This document shows positions 52,030 through 64,000 of a stretch of 64,000 nucleotides of DNA, in pieces. The notes beneath the pieces are model-generated. The model was not told the origin of the DNA. It was given only the letters and a program-made list of their open reading frames with translations, and made no database searches. This stretch comes from the human T2T-CHM13v2.0 reference genome, Homo sapiens: NCBI RefSeq assembly GCF_009914755.1, contig NC_060928.1, one strand, 5' to 3'. How positions within the stretch are numbered: the first letter of the stretch is position 1; every line of letters begins with the position of its first letter. Made by a program: the position numbers and the translations under genes.

Positions 52030-53819
52030 GTGTAAACATCAAATTAAACCAATTGGTCTCGTTCAGTCCAATACTCAATGCATTGGTACATCTCAGGACA
52101 CTGGCATTAATAGGATCCTTACAACCTTATAAGGTAGTGGATTACCTGCTCAATGACTCATATTAATAGAAAGCCTTCATAATAAAATGTGATCAGTTTC
52201 ACAGTGATTTTAATCTATGATCCCTAGGTCTATTCTTTGGCCCTTCAAAACAAAAGACCCTCCACAGAATAACTCTTCAAATATTCAAAGGAAGGTCTCA
52301 TGGTTTTTTTCTTTTCCCAACTGGTATCCTGTGCCTTTTCTTTCTTTGCTCTCCTTTTTTTGGTTTTAATTTCTGAAAAATTAGTTTCACTAATTTTGCA
52401 AACTTGAGAATGCATATATCCTTACATTTAATGAAATTTGATTTGTTCTATTTTTGCTAATTTGGCTTCAGAGGAATTTTATACTGCAATTTCATAGAAC
52501 CATGAAAAATTGGTTTATGTGAAAAAATGCTAATGTATTTATGCATGCCTTTCTAATAAAACTAATTTCCATTTGTATGCTTTAAACATATGTCAATGAC
52601 CAGATCAATAGAAATGTTATCACTCTAGTTTATTCTCCACTAAAATCCTTGAAATTTGCAGCCAATTAACAAAATAGAAAGCAAAACAACTCTATAGGTC
52701 TAAATTTGCTTTAGGATATAAAATCAAGAAACAAAGAAGTACTGATGTCACCAGCTTACAGCTAGTAGAAATAAACATTAATGAAGAGGAACTTTATTCT
52801 AACCAGATCTTGGAAATGCTCTTAAAATTGCATTTATAAAAGACAGGAAGGAATTATGTTATTAGATTTAGAAGTTTTACAATAAAATAATCTATTATAC
52901 ATTTTAATGTATCCTTAGTTCTTCCGCCAGATTACATGGTATATGTTTTCAAAAATCACTTCTGTACTTTGAAATGTCTACATTTAATGTCTTAAGGTTG
53001 TCAACAGTTTTACATTAGATGCAGTTCTTCTAAAAGTAAATTGTATTTATGGGAAACGGGAAAGCTATCATGTGATATGAAATGCCTGGGCAGTGAGAGT
53101 TAAGCCCTACAAAGGGAAGATTTCCTCGTTTCTAAGGGTGTGGTACCAGCTACTTGGTTGGTCAGAGGCCTGGCTGGAGGCCACAGATTTTCAAAGAGAA
53201 AGGGAAACAAAGAGATACTACTAGACATTATAGTCAGACAAACAATACAGTACATCCCACCGTCTCTAGTAGTGCTTTTTTCTTTTTCTTTTTTTAACTC
53301 GTACCCAAAAACTAGGAAAGAAAACGGAAAACTTCTTTAAAAAGCTGCTACAGCTTATCATTGGGAAATCTTTGGGATATCGTTTTAGAAGGCTAAGGAG
53401 ACCGATGACAGGAACTCAAGAAAAAGGAAAAACAAGGGGGAAAAGAAATGGCTTTGGCTTTGGGAGACTTGGAAAAATACAACAATACAGTATCACTGAT
53501 ACTCCTGAGTATGGAGACAGCAAAAGTCACGGGGGATTTCACTGATATGTGCTAGAAGGACACTTATATTACTAACTCTTAAATATTCTGGTATAAAAAT
53601 GGATGGCATTTATCTAGCCGGACAAAAAAGACTAAGCCAATCTTTGGACCTTATGCAGATTCACACTTACTCTCATTACTGAACCCTCAATGCAAAGTCA
53701 AAGAAGAAACAAAATTATTTTTAATGATCTAGGAGACAAAAGGCAATCAGTAACCATCTCTCAAGGAATTTATAAATTTAATTTAACAAGGAGTTTACAA
53801 ATATTTAATCTATACAGAC

Positions 53820-54109
53820 TTTTTTTTTTTTTTTAGGTGGAGTCTGGCTCTGTTGACAAGGCTGTGGTGCGATCTCGGCTCACTGCAATCGCCTCCCGAG
53901 TTCAAGTGATTCTCCTGCCTCAGCTTCCTGAGTAGCTGGGACTATAGGTGGGCACCACCTCGCCCAGCTATTTTATTTTGGTATTTTTCATAGAGACAGG
54001 GTTTCACCATGTTGGCCAGGCTAGTCTTTAACTCCTGACCTCAAGTGATCTGCCCAACTCTGCCTTCCAAAGTGCTGGGATTACAGGTGTGAGCCACTGC
54101 CCACAGCCC
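53820..54109 (-). mobile_element. Alu (AluS-like)
   Basis: Dimer with small deletions; TSD taatctatacaga/taatctatataga. Confidence 0.95.
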
Positions 54110-54849
54110 TAATCTATATAGATTAATCCGTTATGAAAATATCAAAATTGTTCTTGGGAAATGTTGATTCACTCATTCGTGTATTCATCCATTTATCCAA
54201 ATATTTATTTGAGCAATTAAATTGTTTCAAATATTCCAAGCACTAGAACTTGTTTTGTAAGTCATGTGTTCTTTTGAATACCATTTAGTGGCATATGTTA
54301 ATTTTGAAATAAATATAGAAATTCCTTCACCTGGGTTCAAATGTCATAATACTGTAATTTGATCCAATAAAGGATTAAACTCAAGTCAATGAGTCTGTAC
54401 CTCTATTTAATTTTCCTAGTTAGGTAAAAGCATTGGACTCTTAAATATCGACTATGGCATTAAATAATTGTTTTTACATTAAATTTTCCACTTTTTCTCA
54501 CATAAACAGAAGTATAGTGTAAAGAGATCACAGAAGATATGAGGTAAGGTCATCTAAGGCAACCACAAAGATGGTGTTCTGATATGAGAAATTAATAATA
54601 TAATAATTTTGAAGAAAAGAATAAGTTAATCAACTGTAAAGTTATTTTGCTATAAAGACCCCTAGCATTGTAGTCAAGATATTAGAATTCTACTAGAGCA
54701 ATCCTACTTATCTAACCATATCTATTGTGTTCTTAGTCATTTTACAGAGTCCTATTTAATAAAATAGTCCTTTTAATAATAATAAAAGAACTAACATTCT
54801 TTCTTAGCCCTTTAGTAATGTATGTTTAATAATAATAAAGATATCCCTG

Positions 54850-55200
54850 AAGTGTGAGCTGGGCAAAAAATGTGCCCAATTAGCGAATACATTTCTCAGA
54901 ATCTTTTGCACAGAGCTACATATACCATGTGACTACCTTCTGGCCAAAGAAATGTGAGAAGTGACAGATAACAATTGGTATACACTTTCCAATTCTTTAT
55001 TTTCCTGTCCCACTGGCTGGGAGTTGGTGACAACTGGAGAATCTACTTTTCACTCAGAAATGAATGCTGTAAGTTAAAGATGACAGAACCTATAAAACAA
55101 CCCTGGACCACACCTCTGTTTTGTTATCTCAAAGAGAAATTTATTCAAATCATTTTGTTTTGGTTTCCTTATTATCGCAGCTCAGTGTATCCCTTAACTA
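54850..55200 (+). mobile_element. Old ERVL/MaLR-type LTR (LTR16-like) remnant
   Basis: tacatttctcagaatcttttgca...ccatgtgactaccttctggccaaagaaatgtgagaagtga. Confidence 0.45.
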
Positions 55201-55814
55201 ATGTAAAACTCAACTCTGCATTATCTGGCTTTTGGAATGTTGAAAAAAATATTTAATTTCTTTGGGTTTCAGTGGGCTAGATGTACTGTGAGGACTTTTC
55301 CAGCTTTGAATGTTCATGAGACTAAAACTGCAGTTGGTTATGCTGCAATAGAAAACCACTGGTATTTCGTACCACAACAGCCCTATCCTCACATTACCTG
55401 GAGGGTCAAATTAATTTAGCAAGATAATTGTATTAATATTTTTTGGAAAGCAAAAGTTCTCCTTCAAAGTCTACTCTTTTCAGCCCTCACTGCCTAAGGC
55501 TCATTCTTTGAAGCTGTATGACATTAACATACCTCAGGTTATAACCACTAATTGCCCCTTCACCTACATAAAATGGGTGATAAGAATAGGAAAAGATCCA
55601 GAAAAAAAAAAAAAAGCAACCTGAAGAAGAAAAAACATTAGTGGAGAAATGTGGAGAAAAAGGTAGGCAGTAAGCCCTTTTTTCCTTGGAAATGAGAGAG
55701 AACAAAAGAGCAAATTTAAAATTTGTAGAGAATCTCTGGTCTGACACACTTAAGAAAGAGCAAATTCACAGTGGATGGCTGAGCATATTGTTCATTTTCA
55801 ATAGAGCTGTTAGA

Positions 55815-56075
55815 GACTATTGAGACCAATTGATTACAGTATATTACTAATGAGGCCAAAGTTCAGTCCCCATGTGGGGCCAGTTTACTGTGCCCTATTC
55901 CACACCCACACAGCATGCCCCTAACTTTGGCCAGCTGTCTCTAAAATGCATGCTCTTTGTCACAAATGGGACCAGGTGTATATGAATCCATGAAAATTTA
56001 TTGTCACCACCAGGAAAAATTCTCAAGGCAGATGGTGGGTCAGTAATGTCACTTGAGTGTATGAAGGACGACATG
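55815..56075 (+). mobile_element. MamSINE1-like ancient tRNA-derived SINE
   Basis: tRNA-like head (ctaatgaggccaa...gttcagtccccatgtggggccagtt) followed by cccctaactttggccagctgtct...gtcacaaatgggaccagg...gatggtgggtcagtaatgtca...tatgaaggac. Confidence 0.7.
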
Positions 56076-56514
56076 TGTTCTCGTACTGAAAAGTAAAGTG
56101 GAGATTTGTCAGTTATACAATTGTACTGTAATTGAATATTTGAGCCAGAAACCCAAGTGGGTTTAGTTTAGACAGTCAACATGAGGGTTTATGTCATTTA
56201 CTAGAGAAACTACCACTTCAGGGTCTCAAAGATTTTGGTGATCCAAGAGAGACTCTGGTCTTTTGTGTAACAGTTGGGAGTGGTAGAAATGGTGATAAAT
56301 CAGACAGTTCATGCTCCATCCAATGTGACCAAAAAATACAGTACTGAGTACATTTACCAACCTCCTGAAATATATGGGCCTGTTATCCAGAGGAATCAAA
56401 AAACACATTGTGGATGGGTCTTAAATGCCTGATGATACAACAAAATATATTGATTTTATGAAAAACAATTATAATACTTTATACTTTTTATTATAATTAT
56501 GTGTTTTAATATAT

Positions 56515-56625
56515 ATCCTATCACTAGATGTTGAGTTCCACAAAGAGAGCACAATGCCTTTTTCATCCTTCCAATACCAGAGTGTAATATGGCATATAGC
56601 ACCTCATATACAAATGGTGAAAGCT
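56515..56625 (+). mobile_element. L2 3' end fragment
   Basis: cactagatgttgagttccacaaagagag...tggcatatagcacctcatatacaaat. Confidence 0.55.
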
Positions 56626-57849
56626 TTTCTAATGCATGTCTATAGTGTAAACACTAAATGTGTAACAGTCTCAATTGTCCATATCAATTTCACTTGCATA
56701 AACATATTTAAGTTCTAGTGTGTTAAAAATTTATTAGTATAAATAGATATAATCCGATATGCAAAAGCATATTCTCAATAGTAGAGGACACAAAAGTTCA
56801 CTTAATCTATATAAATTACAACAATGGAAAAATAAATCTTCAGTCTTACTTTAACTAGACTTTACTGTGGTAGTTAAATGGACTTCAGTTTTTGGTGTAC
56901 ATATAAACAGAATCGTTAGGGGAAGTATTTGCTTAGTTGCTGGATTTTATGCAAACGAAAGCAGATGAGGGTAAAACAGAAATAAACAGTAATTAAATTA
57001 CACAGAAATTTCGGGATGAAATAAAACAATTCTTTACAGTTTCTAGGTAATGGCAAAAGTGTTTCTGGCAAGAAAAGCATAATTAACAGCAGTGTTAAAG
57101 CTTTGCTTTAGATTCATTTGGCAATTGAGTCTACTAAGTTGAAAGCTGTTAAGTAGAGTATTTGAGTTTCATATTAATTTGCATTTCACTTGACTGCTTC
57201 TTAGTGTTTTGTAAGCATGAAACAGAGAGGTCTGGGTTCAACACAACAAATTACCGTTCAAAATAAAAAATTACTACCCAAGCAGCTTTGTGTTTCTGCT
57301 AGGTTTGTCATGCTGTGACTAAAAATAGTAAAAAAAAAAAAAAGAAAAAAAGAAAGGAAAAAGAAGCGTTGATTCTTTAGAGGCATTTCAGCACCAGATT
57401 TGCGCTATCAAAAATAGTCCTCAAACATAGTTAGAGTTATCTAGAAATTCAGCAGTTTGCAAACAAGTGCACTAGGGAGTAGTTTTTTCACACTAAAATA
57501 TTTTTGCTACACATCAGCAAGTCCTTGAGGAGAGCCTGCTGGCTCCAAAGGCCTGAAGTTTGCTGTTGAAATAGCAGAGCAATAATATTTAGCCAGTGCT
57601 AACAGGGAAGCAGTGATATGACTGCTCTTTATAGTGATAACTACATTTGACAAAGAATGGTACAGCACTGGGATTACAGAACATGACTTTGTTTTAATAC
57701 TTCTTAATATTATTTTTGGAAGTGTTAAGTATACATGTCACCTATTCTTTTCATAGGCATTGATCACAAATATAGAAAGAAGACTACTCATTTCCAAAAC
57801 CAATTAATCCTATTGTGTGAGTAGATGTGTATTTGTGCTTGTGTATTTG

Positions 57850-58212
57850 TGATGTGGTTTGGCTGTGTCCCCACCCAAATCTCATCTTGAATTGTAGCTC
57901 CCATTATTACTATGTGTCGGGGGAGGGACCCAGTGGGAGTTAATTGAATCATGAGGGCATGTCTTTCCTGTGCTGACCTCATGATAGTGAGTGAGTCTCA
58001 TGAGATCTGATGGTTTTATAAAGGGGAGTTCCCCTGAACACGCTCTCTTGCCTGCTGCCATGCAAGACGTGACTTTGCTCCTCCTTTGCCTTCTGCCATA
58101 ATTGTGAGGTCTCCCCAGCTATGTGGAACTGTGAGTCCATTAACCCTCTTCCTTTATAAATTCCCCAGTCTCTGGTGTGTCTTTATTATCAGCATGAGAA
58201 CAGACTAATATG
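57850..58212 (+). mobile_element. THE1B-like MaLR solo LTR
   Basis: tgatgtggtttggctgtgtccccacccaaatctcatcttgaattgtagctccc...gagaacagactaatatg; TSD atttg/attcg. Confidence 0.95.
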
Positions 58213-60359
58213 ATTCGTGTGTATGGAGATGTATGTATTTACCATCAATTCTGTTATGGTTAACAATTGGCAATAGTTATATCAGAAGCATAGAGAATCT
58301 TGCTATAGGTAAGCATGTGATTGCTTGGCTCTATTAGTTTTCGGCACTGTGGAAAACTGTGTTATTTCAAGTAGCTTACAAGGACACACAAAAAAACCAA
58401 AAATGTGTTATTTCATAATGTTCTTTAAGTTATTAAAATATTTCAGCTTGCTTCTTTCTGTATCAGCTTCCTTCTATATGTTAACATAGACTTCCGTAAT
58501 TATATGCTAATCTAATTAGTTCATATGCCTATGATGTAAGCTAAAATATTTTAATGTTGCTTGACTCCTGACCCTTTCATTTTAATATTCTTATATTTTT
58601 CACTAAAAACCTGAAAGAGGACAGATATGTAAAAAACACAGCTTTAATAAGCAAGAGGATAGCAACTCTTTATTGAAGGAGCTTTCCTATTGGCAGCCAT
58701 CCAGATGGCAAATAAAGCTGTTTAAATATTTGCTCATTAGTGAAATGAAATGATATCAGTTTAATTCATTCCCATTTCATGTTTTCAATGCTTCAAAGCA
58801 ACTTTATAATACACACTCTAAAGGTTTCTCTGGAGCTCTTGTGCAGTGATTCATTTTCTTTTTCTCTCTAAGTAGATATAAATTAACGAAGTTATACAGA
58901 ATAAGGTGTTGGGCTTCTCCTAAAATCTTCCTAGTCATTTCTTTGAGAGTTTTGCTGTAAATTTTAGGACTGCAAAAATCACACAACATGGGCCCTTAGC
59001 AGGACTCAGGGGCTGAGATATGTTAATGAAAGATACTGAAGATGTCAGGTAGCTGGTGTATTCCAACACTATTTAGGGAGGCTCAGGGCCTATCGCACTA
59101 GAAGAAGCTGCTGTGTAACACTAGGTTATCTTGAGACATTCAGACAGGGAGATAAAATGCATATTAATCCCTAAGGATAAACGGTCTTTCCTGTTGTATT
59201 GGATAAGCATTTGTTTTGTCACATTTAGCCTAATTGTGGGCAAATCGAGAGAAATTAGTGTTGAATTATTGTGGGGAGGGAAGAAAAACGGGAGGCTGTA
59301 AGAGTGGTAGATCGTGTCCATTGCATTTTGATTATACATACAGTTCTGTCCTCTAATCCACCTTTACTGAGGTATCTGCATTTAGGTGGCCATTAATAAA
59401 GTTGACATTTTCATTCTCTTCTCTTTTTTGCCTAGGATTTGCCATGGGGAACCTAGAGAGCAAGAGGGTGAGTAATTGACATCTCCAAATCCCAACAAGA
59501 ATCAGAATCTTTCATGTTAAGTTCCTTCAGGTTAAAGACTTTCTATTATTTTTGTATTATTTCCTGTATAATGTCCAGCGCTATATTAGGTAAAATAAAT
59601 ATTATGTACCTATTTCTTGAATGAATGTCCCAGTGACTGTGAGGTTTTTACTTTCTGACTATTGCCCCAAATTGTCCTTTATTGTTTTTATTATTTTCTA
59701 AAAAGAAGCATAGCTAAAATAAGATCATAAGCCTTTAGAGGAAACAGAGTAAAAGAGTTTTTATTTAATCAACCAGATTCTGGGCCCCAACCCCATGCGT
59801 GTATCACCTGCTTTTACTTAATGTTTCCACAAAAAAATAAACAAACAAATCAATATGCTTATTACAATACAGGAACAATATTAGCCTTAGGGTATCACCA
59901 CGGGTCATTGTTACTTCTAGCAAAAGGCAAGATTTGGAACAGAAATCCAAACAATTATCCATTCATTTTGAATGTGACCCTAACAAGTCTGCTTAGAGAA
60001 AGGTTAGATGAACTCTTATTTTCCTTTCAATTATGATTGCACAATGATAAATTTAGAGCCAAGGGGATTTTTGAAACATTGGCTAAATTCCCGTGCAAAC
60101 AATACACTAAAAAAACGTGTTGAGATGACTCTAGAATCTGTGCCCACTTTTGTAAGATTAATTTTGTAAACACACAGTTGATAAATGCTCTTTCAGGGTC
60201 TCAAGTACTACGTATGGCAAACATGTTTTCAGTGGTTTAGATCTATATTAACTTATATGTCAATAATATTCTGTTTTTCATGAAGTCTGCCGCCTAATTA
60301 TTGTCAGTCTTTTTTCTCAGTGAAAATTTAAGGATATTTTTAAGAGAGAGATTTGGAGT

Positions 60360-60698
60360 TTTTTTTTATTTGTTGTTTTTTTTTTTTTGTTGTTGTTGTT
60401 GTTTTGAAACAGTGTCTCTGTTGCCCAGGCTGGAGTGCAGCAGCATGATCTCAGCTCACTGCAACCTCCACCTCTCAGGTTCAAGCCTGCCTGTTAGAAC
60501 GATTCTCCTGCCTCAGCCTCCTGAGCAGCTGGGATTACAGGTGCACGCCACCACGCCCGGCTAATTTTTATATTTTTAATAGAGATGGGGTTCCATCATG
60601 TTGGCCAGGGTGGTCTTGAACTCCTGACCTCATGTGATCTGCCCAGCTCAGCCTCCCAAAGTGCTGCGATTACAGGCTTGAGCCACCACACCCGTCCT
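60360..60698 (-). mobile_element. Alu (AluS-like) with a 14-bp internal insertion
   Basis: Full dimer, (TTG)n tail. Confidence 0.95.
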
Positions 60699-60830
60699 AA
60701 AATACTTTTTTAAAATACTGAATTCACATCCTTCATAGATAGTGGAGGTTCCCCCTCATCTCCTGTGAGAATTTGTTTCACAACTGAGTTTTCATCTGGT
60801 ACATTTTTCTGTAAGGTCTATATTGCTCAC

Positions 60831-62125
<1,295 letters not shown>

Positions 62126-62329
62126 AAGAATGAAATACAATTTACCATAGAATGCATTGTGCCATTACTTAAATTGTTATTTTAAATTATTTTTTAACCT
62201 TTTTTGCTTATTAGTTGTTTGAGATTATGAATCTTATGCTGCTAGAATTAATTACACCTCCATTACCATTGGATCCAGCTGATGTCCAATCAATAAATAC
62301 CTGTTGATTGAATTGGTTATAAATTTCAC

Positions 62330-62889
62330 TTTTTTTCTTTTTTTTTTCATGGAGGTGTAATTTACATGAAAGAAAATGGACAGGTTTTGATTTTTTTTTC
62401 CATTGAGGTGTAATTTACGTAAAATAACATGCATAGGTTTTAAGTGTTCATTTGAATGAATTTGTCAAATATATATAGCAAAGTAACCACTGTGCAAAAC
62501 AAGATACAAAATATTTCTATATTCCCAAAAGGTTCCTTGTGTACTGTACAGTCATCCCATTTTCCAAGAAACAATTATTTTCAGATTTATTTTACACAAC
62601 AAAATGTTTATTACTAGTTGTATCTCGTGGTAAGATTACATAATAACACAAATTATTTATTCTCTCGTATTGTTAGACATTTATTTAACAGTATCAGGAA
62701 TTGATTACATTATCAGGAGCAATGCTCCAAAGTATTTGTGGCATTTTATATCCCTGCCAGCAACATACAAGGATTCCAATATGATCTGTGTCTTTGCCAG
62801 TATTTGGTATTGTCAGACATTTTAATTTTAGCTATTCAAATGCAAATGAAATGATATCTCATTGTTGTTTTAGTTTTCATTTTACTGGT
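62330..62889 (-). mobile_element. Old L1M (L1MD/ME-like) 3' end
   Basis: ttgaggtgtaatttac...ttttaagtgttca; ccctgccagcaacatacaaggattcc; tgaaatgatatctcattgttgttttagttttcattt. Confidence 0.7.
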
Positions 62890-63314
62890 TGCTATAGTTA
62901 AGATGTTTACCCCCTCCAAATCTCATGTTAAAATTTAATCCCCAGTATTGGAGGTGGGCCTAATGGGAGTTATTTGGGTTATGGGAGTTGATACCTCATT
63001 AATAGATTAATGCTCTTCTGGGGGGGGGTGAGTGTGTTTTCCCTCTTTTAGTTTTTGTGAAAGCTGGTTGTTAAAAAGAACCTGGTACCTTCTCCTTCTC
63101 CTCTTGTTTCCACTCTGGTCATGTGATCTCTATACACCAGCTCCCCTTCACCTTCTGCCATGAGTGAAAGCAGACTGAGGCCCTCACCAGAAGCAGATGC
63201 TGGCCTCATGCTTCTTGTACAGCCTGTAGAACTGTGAGCCAAATAAACCTCTTTTCTTTATAAATTACCCAACCTCAGGGATTCCTTTATAACAACACAA
63301 AATAGGCTGTGATA
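62890..63314 (+). mobile_element. MSTB-like MaLR solo LTR
   Basis: ccctccaaatctcatgttaaaatttaatccccagt...gaggccctcaccagaagcagatgctggc...gaactgtgagccaaataaacctc. Confidence 0.9.
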
Positions 63315-63338
63315 CTGATGACTATTGATATTGAAGAC

Positions 63339-64000
<662 letters not shown>

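Noticed and set aside
55820-55885. tRNA-like sequence
   Set aside because: Degenerate A/B boxes and no intact cloverleaf; it is the head of a SINE

Overview
Primate genomic DNA, almost certainly human (AluY/AluS/AluJ, LTR12, THE1 and MLT2A are all present). It is AT-rich and gene-poor. Bases 1-7453 are the end of the last intron of the delta-1 protocadherin gene PCDH7 (+ strand). The terminal coding exon of the long cytoplasmic-tail isoform starts at 7454 and encodes the CM2 motif and the C-terminus ...TRREVYL, with the stop at 7828-7830. A nearly repeat-free 3'UTR of about 4 kb with tandem poly(A) signals follows, probably ending near 11.78 kb. The remaining ~52 kb is intergenic and rich in transposable elements: about 16 Alus, L1/HAL1, MIR/L2, a MamSINE1, Tigger/hAT/MADE1 DNA elements, and many LTRs including an intact-looking LTR12 solo LTR pointing back toward PCDH7. 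No other credible protein-coding gene, structural RNA gene or CRISPR array was seen, and I found no convincing new biological system. The most unusual signals are small-scale: a locally templated insertion inside an Alu that copies a neighbouring L1, nested TE stacks with intact TSDs, a tandem MADE1 hairpin, DUX4/NF-Y motif-bearing LTRs, and candidate alternative splice and poly(A) features of PCDH7. Repeat subfamily names come from my recollection of consensus sequences, not from a database run, and boundaries are approximate unless TSDs are quoted.
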